Assembly (NCBI GenBank): GCA_001275005.1
Contig: JWZX01002561.1
Location: 1 to 39,234 of the forward strand
Direction of reading: 5' to 3'
Length of the DNA: 39,234 nt
Origin: Chrysochromulina tobinii
Taxonomy: Eukaryota
Below, piece by piece: positions 11,193-19,677 of this stretch. The first letter of the stretch is position 1. The number at the start of each line of letters is the position of its first letter. A program made the position numbers and the translations under genes. The notes below the pieces were generated by a model. That model worked only from the letters and a program-made list of their open reading frames with translations, made no database searches and had not been told where the DNA came from.

Positions 11193-11320
11193 CGGCCTGG
11201 TCATACCTTCAGTCTGGCCATACCTTCGGACTGTATAATACCTGACAACAAGTCATACCGCGTTCTCACATACCTTCAATCTGGTCATACCTTCGGCCTG
11301 GTCATACCTTCGGACTGTAA
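11193..11320. repeat. Degenerate short repeats (ctggtcataccttc) spanning and following the Rab-like stop codon
   Basis: About five copies of (tgg)tcataccttc; the last contains the stop codon (tca at 11302). Confidence 0.8.
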
Positions 11321-11959
11321 TCGAAGAGCGCGGCGCGGAATGACTTGTTGTCAGCGAGCGCCTTGCCGATCTGGATGCGCTTGCGCAGCAGCAGGCTGGG
11401 CTCGGGCGGGTTGGGGATCTGCGCGACGACGCGCGCGATCAGCGACGAGAACGCCTCGGGCACCTGCTCGTTGCGGATGGCCGACGTCTCAAAGTACTTG
11501 CAGCCGTGCTTCTGCGCGAGCGCGACGGCCTCCTCGGCGGTCACCTGCGTCTCACCGTCAGACTTGTTGCCGACCAGCACGCGCGGCAGCTCTGGGCTCG
11601 ACGCCTCGACTGTGTCGAGCCAGAGCGACGCGCGCTCAAAGGTCGCTCGCCGCGTGAGGTCGAAGACGAGCAGCACGCCCCGCGGCGACCGAGGCGTATC
11701 GATCGGCGGTTTTCAGGTGGCGTGGCGCCCCCGGAACCTCCCACATGTGTATCTGGTAGCGCGCGCCGCGCGATTCGTACGTGTGTGTCTTGCACAGCAC
11801 GCCATGGTCCGCACCGAGCTCCGCCGTCTCCGACGCGGCCTCCTCGGGCAGCGTGCACGCGATGAGCTGCGACTTGCCCACGCGCTGGTCGCCGAGCACG
11901 ATCAGCGAGAAGCTAAAGTGGTAGTCCTGCGACGCCGGAGTCATGAGCGTCGCGACCAT
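11302..11959 (-). pseudogene. Rab-like small GTPase with a single frameshift (pseudogene or sequencing error)
   Basis: G1 GDQRVGKS and degenerate G3 WEVPG are in one frame; LLVFDLT, G4 NKSD and G5 ETSA are in another. Removing one C from CCCC at 11678-11681 joins them (RYASVAAGVLLVFD). Confidence 0.8.
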
Positions 11960-12176
11960 TAGAGCCGCTTTGCTTGGACGGGCGAGCCTGTGCTTTGCGG
12001 ACCTCAACCGCGGCGTCGCACAGCCGTTCGCAGCGTTGCACCGAGCACTTCGTTCGGCGCGCGCACACCCCCAAGTTCCCTAGCGCTTAGTGTGGGCCTA
12101 CTGTTAGCAGTTCGCACGGCACTCTTTTGTATCTCTCCTCTCCCTCACGCGACGTCCTCTACAAATGTAGTATCCA

Positions 12177-14358
12177 TCACAAGTGTGTGAAACGCGGCCT
12201 GCCCGCGCCGGCCGCGCCGCCCCCATGGCCACCCCGTGGCCATGCGCCGCCCTTGGGAAGCAGGTTCCTGCCCTTGCCCTTGCCCTTGCCCTTGCCCTTG
12301 CCCTTGCCACCCCAACCCAGTTGCGACAGTTCCCGTCGGGCTAGTCCCGCCTCCGTGCCCTTGCCAGAGCCCTTGCCCTTGCCGCTGGCGCCACCGCTCT
12401 TATTGACACTCTTGCCCTTGCCGTCGCCCCAGCCACTCGTGACCGTCTTCGTCGACTGCAGCTGCAGCCAGCGGAGGCGTGCGGGCCGATCCGGCACGTG
12501 CGGGCCGGCCAGCGTCAGGTTCCACAGGCGCCTCACCATCTGCAAGAGCTCGATGCGAGTCGTATTGTGCGCGGGCAGGTAGGCGAGATTGTCTCCCTCA
12601 TTAGGGTCGGACTGAGGGTTCAAGAGGGATTCGTCGATCAGCCGACGAGGCACAATCAAGAGCAATCAAGGGCAATCAAGAGCAATCAAGGTCCATCACC
12701 TGATGGTCAAAGAGGGACTCGTCGATCAGCCGATGCGGCACGCGAAAGGGCATCTCCTTCTTGTTGGGCACCCCCGCCGGCTTCAGGTACGCTACGTACG
12801 CGTACCTGGGCGTGCGCACGTACAGCTGCCACCCATCGCCGACTAGGCGACGTGGCAATGCTCCGGGGAGGAGCTCGTCGGCAGCGCGATGAAGGACAGT
12901 CCATTCGCGGAGCTCCGATCGCGCTATGCGCGTGCGCCGGAGCGCCGTAGCGAGCGCCGTGGACGACGACGAGGACGGCACAGCAGGGCCTATTGCAGGC
13001 CTGTGCATGGCGGCGGCGGCAGTGGCGGCAGCCGTGGAGACGTACGGCAGCAGCGATTCACCTTCGATCAGCGTCGGCGCGCCACGTAGACGAAAGCGCG
13101 TCGGGGGAGCCGTACCCGCCGCCCGCGCCGCCGCCACCTCGTCCGCCGTCGGCGGCACACGAGGTACGCCCCAAAGGTCGAGGAGGGTCGACATGACATC
13201 AAGGCTCTCGACGATATCGGTGACGACGGCGGGCGGTTGGCCTGGTATGGAGAAGAGCAGAGGCACGCGAGTCGCGTCCTCATACAAATTGTACTTGGAC
13301 CAGCGCCCGTGACGTCCCAGCGAGAAGCCGTGGTCACCTTGCACCACGACCGCCGTACGCGCACGCAGCTCGAGCGCATCGAGCCCGTGCAGCAGCGCAC
13401 CGATCTGCTCGTCCACGTGCGTGGCGCACGCGTAGTACAGCCCGATCGCCTCCCGCGCCCACTTGGCGCCAACATCGAAGCGCGGCACGTCCCAGTTCGG
13501 CCACGTGACGAGGGGGGGGTCGCGCTCGGTCGCGCGCGGGGGGGGCAGCGCCACGTGCGGCGGCAGCTCGCGCCCGCCTACGGCCTCGGACGCGGCGGGC
13601 TTGCAGATGCGGGCGCCATGGACGTGGGTCGATGCAAGCCCAACAGCCAAAAAGAAGCGGGCGGTGCGCTGTGCCGCATGAAGCGCGAGCATCCGGAGCG
13701 CGACGGCGGTCTTGGACTGGTCGTGCGAGCGCGTCAACACCTTGCGTATGCCGCGGCCAACGTCACCATGCCCAACCGGCTGCCCACTCTCCCAGGAATC
13801 TGGCGCGTGCCACCAGGTAGCGTTGAGCGCTTCGCGCAGCGAGCGGCGCGCGACCGCGTTGGAGCTCGCGTCGATGGCGGTGCGCAGCCTCGCGTCGGCG
13901 AGATTCGAGGCGGATGCGTTCGCGTCCAGGTACGCCTCGCCGTTCGTGAAGCCATACGTCTCCTTGTCGCACGCGATGTGAAAGATCTTGCCGCGGCCGG
14001 CGCATGCGACCGCGGCGGCGCCGTCGGCCGTGCGCGGCCCGTCACGAAGAAAGTCGACGATCGTCGGCAGCCCCTGCGGGAACGCGTCGTCGTTCGTCCA
14101 CACGCGCGTGCTCGTTGGCCGGCGGCCGGTCAGGAACGAGGTGCGCGACGGATTGCAGATCGGCGCCTGGCAATAGGCGTTCTGGAAGACGACGCCGCGC
14201 GCGGCGAGGGAGGCGAGGTAAGGAGTGTGTCGCCGATTGGCGGCGGTCGCGTCGGCGGAGAAGACGGGCGACGCGAGCGTCGAGAAATCCTCGAGCACGA
14301 CGTAGAGGATGCTCGGCATCGGGGTCGTCGCCGCGGTGGCCGACGATGTTGCGCCCAT
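12177..14358 (-). CDS. Sulfatase, iduronate-2-sulfatase/choline-sulfatase-like, one intron (12612-12699)
   Basis: Formylglycine motif CNPSRTSFLTGR, GKIFH, GDHGFSLG..G.WSKYNLYE..TRVPL. Splicing restores LFDHQ|SDPNEGDNLA (sulfatase L.D...DP.E..NLA motif). Gly/Lys-rich tail. Confidence 0.9.
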
Positions 14359-14542
14359 ATGTTTTTTTGTGACGGAACTCAATGCCCGTTACACGCTTGA
14401 TCAATATCAAACGCCGACGCCACGGTGCGTCGCGACCTGGACTGTTCCATTTCACACCCCTTGTCACTCCTCGCGGGAGTCGGCGCACGGGACCCGCTGC
14501 CTTGTGCGAAGACCGCTGGTTGTAGCCGGCGTGAGGGCCGCC

Positions 14543-15682
14543 ATGGCCGAGTCAATGCAGCCTCGCGGGATGGTGAACACGGGCGTGACGTGCTACCTCA
14601 ACTCGGCGATGCAGGCGCTCGCCAGCTGCTCGGCGCTCGCCGAGGTGCTGCACACGGCGAGCCCAGTGCTGGAGCTTCCCACGGCGCAGCACCAGACGAA
14701 GACGGACCTCGCGCGGCAGTTCGAGGACGTCTTCCAGGAGCTGCGCAATGGCGGGCAGCCGGGTGCGCGCCCGGTCCAGACCCATGACTTTGTGCTCGCA
14801 GTGCACGGCCTGACGCGTGCTCTGGAGGGCTTACACCAGCAGCAGGACACGCAGGAGTTTGTGTGCGCGCTGCTCGACACGCTGCACGAGCAGCTCAAGC
14901 GGCCGCTCTCGGAGCACGAGCTGGAAGAGATGCGCAACCGCCTCAAGCGCCGCTGGCGCGAGTGCACCGGCGAGGAGTGGCAAGACGAGGCGCAGCTCGC
15001 GTACGAGGAGCAACTCAAGAAGCGGCAAGAAGGCAAGGGCAAGCGGGACGATGGCATCGCGATGGCGGCGGGCCTCCCGCCGCCACCGCGCCCGCACATG
15101 TCGATCATCTCGCACCTCTTCGAGGGTGCGCAGCAGCGCGCCCCGCCGCCAACCGTCCACGCCGCCCGCCCACGCCTCCTCTACCCGCCTGTGCGGACCT
15201 TCCTCGCTGTGCGGACCTTCCTGATTTGGGCATGCACGCCCTCCCGCACGCACTTGCATGCACGCACTTGCTCACGCCGCGCTCGCTCCCCACGCCCCAC
15301 AGGCCAATTGCTCTCCCGGGTCACGTGCTGCGGCTGCTCCAGCCACTCTTGGACCGCGGACCCCTTCCTGTCTCTCTCACTGCCGCTGCCGAAGACCAAG
15401 CATCCGCCGCCGCCGCCGCCGCCGCCGTACGCCTACATGCCGATGGCCGACTACGCGACGACGAGTGCCCACGGCGGCGCGTCCGACGACTCGATGGATG
15501 TGGATGAGTCCACATTAGGAAGTACGAGCGGCAGTGCGAGGGGCTCAGGCGCGGCGGAGACGCCTCAGGCCAAGGCGCCGCGCAGCAGCTCGATTAGCTC
15601 ATGGCTCACTTCGTCCTTCCGCCTACCCTCCGCCTTGGGCCTCACTTCCAGCCGCGCCAGCGCCGGCGGTGTCAACGGCGAT

Positions 15683-15724
<42 letters not shown>

Positions 15725-17980
15725 TCCGACATGCGCGGCAGCTATCGAGGAGGCGAGAGCGGTTTCACACTGCATGACGCGCTGTGCGAGTTCTTCGCCG
15801 AGGAGACGATCGCGGGCGACGACTCGTACCGATGCGAAAAGTGCAAGGCGCTGCGAAAAGCGACCAAGGTCCTTCGCCTCTCTCCTCCGCCCCTCCCCTC
15901 CCCTCGTGCATGCAAGTGCTAACCACGGCGCCGCCACTTCCCCTCAGGTCCTTCGCATCCTCAACTCGCCTCCCCTCCTCTGCGTCCATCTCAAGCGCTT
16001 CTCGTTTGACAAGCGCGCGGGCAAGGCGGGCGGGCGCGTCGCCTTCCCACTCGAGGGCCTCTCGCTTGCTCAATTCGACGCTGCCGCCAAAGCAGCGCCC
16101 ACTACAGCGCCCACTACAGCGCCCACTCCCGCAACCTCCTCCCGCAGCGCCAAGGCCGAAGCGAGCGCTGTATCGGGCGCATCGTCCTCCCACGCGGACG
16201 CGCCCGCCAGCGCGAGCCGTTACCCGCCGAGCCGTTTCCCGCCGAGCCAACGCGGCGGGGGCACCCACTGCCTGTACGACCTGTGCGCAGTCATAGTCCA
16301 CCACGGACAGGTGAGGGCCTCTCTGTGCTGACTCCTCTGTGATGCCCTCTCTGATTGCGTCTCTGATTGCGTCTCTGATTGTGTCTCTGATTGCGTCTCT
16401 GATTGCGTCCCTCATCAGTCGCTGAGCCACGATTGCGTCTCTGATTGCGTCCCTCATCAGTCGCTGAGCCACGGGCACTACACGGCCTTCGTACGCCACC
16501 CGTCGGGGGAGTGGTATCACATCGATGACACGAACGTCACCCTGGTGGGGCCAGCCGAGGTCGCCGCCGCCGAGGCATACCTATTGTTCTACGAGCGCCG
16601 CCAAGACCCGCGCTGGAAGGAGCAGCGCCGTCAGGTACTGATTGCATGCTGATTGCCTCTCTCATCAGGAGGAGCTCGGATTGCATGCGGCTGATGGCCT
16701 CTCATCAGGAGGAGCTCGGATTGCTGATTACCTCTCTCATCAGGAGGAGCTCGGATTGCATGCGGCTGATGGCCTCTCTCATGGCATGCTCATTGCCTCC
16801 CCATGGTAGGTGATCGCCGAGGTCGAGGCGTTCACACTCGGCGTTCACACGTCCAAGTCCGGCGGCCGTGCTGATGGCTCGACGGTCCTCTTATCGAAAG
16901 CATGGTGGGCGCCCGTTATCAGGCCTCTGATGACCGTTGATGAGCTCTGATTGCCTCCCTCATCAGTCGAAAGCATGGTGGGGGGCCTTCATCAGGCCTC
17001 CCCACCACGGCGCATGCAAGTGCTCACCACGGCGCTCTCGCCTCCCCACAGGTGGGCTCGGTATAAGGCCTGCGACGACCCCGGGCCGGTGACGCACGCG
17101 GACGTGCTCTGTGCGCACAACTGCGTCGACACGCACCACAACCGTAGCGTCGAGGCCTCGCGCCGCTGCTTCATGGACTTGCCACGCCCCGTGTAATTGC
17201 ATGCTGATTGCCTCTCTCATTGCATGCTGATTGGATGCCTCGCGCCGCTGCTTCATGGACTGGCCACGCCCCGTGTAATTGCATGCTGATTGCCTCTCTC
17301 ATTGCATGCTGATTGCTGCTTCATGGACTGGCCACGCCCCGTGTACGCACGCCTCACCGAGCAGCTCCACTCGCCTCCCCTCGCGCATGCAAGTGCTCAC
17401 CACGGCGCCCTCCCCTCCTCCCCACAGGTACTTTCGCCTCACCGAGCAGTTCTGCTACGGCGACGGCCCGGCGTACCAACTGCCGGCTGCCCAGCTGATA
17501 GAATGTCCTAAGTGCAAGCAGACGCATAAGGCAGAGGCGCGCGCCCTGCAGGACGAGCGTGACGAAATCCGAAGGCTCGACTCGACGGAGATCTCGGAGG
17601 GTGGCATCTGGTACATCGTGGACGCGAACTGGCTCACTCGCCTCCCCCCCTCGCGCATGCAAGTGCTCATCACGGCGCCTTCGCCTCCTCACAGGTACAT
17701 CGTGGACGCGAACTGGCTCAAGCATTGGCGCGAGTACTGCTGGGATAGTATTCGACCTGACCCGCCCGGCCCCGTGAGTAACTGGCGGCTCCTCGCGCCG
17801 AGCAAGATGCCGCGCCAGCACCTGCAGCGCGCCACTGATTACCGAGGCGTTAACGAAAAGGTGTGGCAAGTCTTTGTGGAACGGTATGGGGGCGGCCCGC
17901 CCATTTGCCGCGCCAAGCTCGACATCTATGCCCCTCCCGTGCCGCCCCCCGACCTCTCCGCCCCGTCGCGCCGCCGATGA
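14543..17980 (+). CDS. Ubiquitin-specific protease, USP20/USP33-like, with two C-terminal DUSP domains; 7 inferred introns
   Basis: Cys box [25 protein letters not shown], zinc CxxC pairs, VHLKRF, His box [35 protein letters not shown] motifs [11 protein letters not shown] and [10 protein letters not shown]...YGGGP. Introns 15126-15302, 15869-15947, 16311-16460, 16635-16809, 16905-17051, 17193-17427, 17611-17694 are all GT-AG and phase-consistent. Confidence 0.9.
15908..15947 (+). mobile_element. Intron 3'-end cassette, family A, copy 1 (Introner-like)
   Basis: gcatgcaagtgctaaccacggcg + pyrimidine tract + cag; the intron start gtccttcgc repeats the next exon start. Confidence 0.6.
16351..16472 (+). 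repeat. Intronic 12-bp microsatellite (ctctgattgcgt) with a 42-bp duplication of the acceptor site
   Basis: 16389-16430 is identical to 16431-16472. Confidence 0.9.
17012..17051 (+). mobile_element. Intron 3'-end cassette, family A, copy 2
   Basis: gcatgcaagtgctcaccacggcg...cctccccacag. Confidence 0.6.
17385..17427 (+). mobile_element. Intron 3'-end cassette, family A, copy 3
   Basis: gcatgcaagtgctcaccacggcg...cctccccacag, preceded by a copy of the next exon (cgcctcaccgagcag). Confidence 0.6.
17655..17694 (+). mobile_element. Intron 3'-end cassette, family A, copy 4
   Basis: gcatgcaagtgctcatcacggcg...cctcacag; an exact 26-nt duplication (17611-17636 = 17695-17720) brackets it. Confidence 0.65.
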
Positions 17981-18060
17981 GACCCGCAATCCGCCGCCGA
18001 TGAGACCCGCAATCCGCCGCCGATGAGACCCGCAATCCGCCGCCGATGAGGCTCGCAATC
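17969..18060 (+). repeat. 23-bp tandem repeat (ccgccgccgatgagacccgcaat), ~4 copies, including the USP stop codon
   Basis: Directly visible; the first unit carries the TGA at 17978. Confidence 0.9.
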
Positions 18061-18563
18061 CGGCCTGGCGCCATCGACGAGGCGCAGACACGGCGGGCTG
18101 CGGCTGGTTGCATCCCTACGGCGCCCAGGACGGCGCCTCAGATGGTACCTGTGGGGCTTCTCGGGCATGTGCCACTGTATTTCGAGGGAGTCGCACTGTC
18201 GGGTCTGTGGACGCGCCGCCGGAGCGGTGTCCGGTGACGATGCGGCCGTGAGTGTGCTGCGTGGCGTGGGCGTGCCGTCTCTTGCGTGCCGTGTAGTTAC
18301 ACCGCGCCCCCGCCGCAGAATCGAGACCATGTTCATTAAAGTGTCATGTGTGCCGCGGGTTTGTCATGTTTTTCGTCGTGTGTGGATTGTAGTACCATCA
18401 CCGGCGGAGCTCGAGCTTAAACACACTCCGTCAATGTAAAGCTCGACCTCGAGCTCCCGGCCACTCGTGCTCGGAAGGATAGAGGAGGCCCATGTTGATG
18501 TTCTTACTCCACTCGGAGCTGCGCCTGTCGTGGCTCCGTCGGCGCCCGGCATGGCGCCCGGCC

Positions 18564-19241
18564 TTATCCGGTCGGTGCCGCTATGTCCAAGTAGGCATCT
18601 CGCAGGTTCTCTAAATACGGCGTCAGGCGCGACTCGCACGTCTGGCGCACCACCCGCGAGCCCACGCTCTCAAACACGCGCCGCCCGCCCACAATCGGCA
18701 TGCTCGGCATCGTAAAGGTGAGCTCGAGCGTGCCCGAGAGCGTCCAGCCGCCATCGGCTGCACTGGTCCATGAGAGGACGGTCCGTCCTCGCGTCTGAGC
18801 GGCGGCCGCGAGGTTGCGCACGAGCAACAGGGGGCCGTTTGGCTTCTCGTCGCCAAGGTCGATCGAGGCGTCAATCACGTCGATGATGACCTCGGAGGTC
18901 GACGGATCCCGCACGATGCGCTCCCTGAAGGTTGTTACGACGCTGAGAGCGAAGAAGTTCACAGGCTGCTGCGCGCAACTGTAAAGGCCGGCACCATCTG
19001 GGTCTGGAATAGTCGCCGCGGGCGGTAGCTGCAGCAGCGGGCCGTCGCTTGCGCGGCTCAATAAGTACTCAGGGAAGCTGCGACCGCCTGTGGCTGGCAC
19101 AGCACATTGCGACCGAGCTCCGGCGGACAGAATGAGTGGAGGTGGCGACGTCGATGACGATGAGCCAGCCAGCGCGATGATGCGTCCAGCACGTGTAGCC
19201 AAAGCCACGACGTTGGCTAAGCACAGCAACAGCTCCAGCAT
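18564..19241 (-). CDS. DUF1997-like (SRPBCC/START-fold) protein with N-terminal signal peptide, probably plastid-targeted
   Basis: From MLELLLCLANVVALA (ATG 19241); EYLL, QPVNFF and the C-terminal RVFESVGSRVVRQTC..RLTPYLENLRDAY pattern recall DUF1997 proteins. Confidence 0.62.
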   Translation of the reverse strand: MLELLLCLANVVALATRAGRIIALAGSSSSTSPPPLILSAGARSQCAVPATGGRSFPEYLLSRASDGPLLQLPPAATIPDPDGAGLYSCAQQPVNFFALSVVTTFRERIVRDPSTSEVIIDVIDASIDLGDEKPNGPLLLVRNLAAAAQTRGRTVLSWTSAADGGWTLSGTLELTFTMPSMPIVGGRRVFESVGSRVVRQTCESRLTPYLENLRDAYLDIAAPTG

Positions 19242-19677
19242 GTCTCCAATTCTCGTGTGGCGCCGGCGTGAAATTTGATGTTTAGCTGTGAACGGGGACT
19301 CGGAGGTAAACCTCAAACATCCTGTGAGTCTCGTCTATGTGTGGCAGTTCTCGTCGATTTGTCTTTAATTTGAGCACAGGTTTATCGCTCTCCCTCCCTT
19401 AGTTTTTCCCTCCTCTCTTGCCTCCTATCTGTGTTTACTACGGTATCATGTTCTGGCCCCCACTGAGTTGTATAACTTACGTCCTTACAAAGGCCTGGTT
19501 TGGTTCAGTGATTTAACCCTACTATCATCTAATCATCGCCTAAACTTAATGTTCATGCCTTAGCATGCGAAGGGGAATCTCGATACGAAAAACGACAGAC
19601 GCTGAGGAACATTCCCTTTCTTTTGTCGCGAGCAAGCGCGAGCTCATACTCACACTATAACGAGTCGAAACTCCAGA

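Noticed and set aside
14309..14542. Upstream extension of the USP ORF
   Set aside because: Overlaps the sulfatase start on the other strand; ATG 14543 has a good context directly before the Cys box
16951..17051. Recurrent peptide MQVLTTA in several ORFs as a protein repeat
   Set aside because: It is the translation of the intronic family A cassette, not coding sequence
19511..19521. Telomere-like ttaaccct
   Set aside because: Single unit, expected by chance
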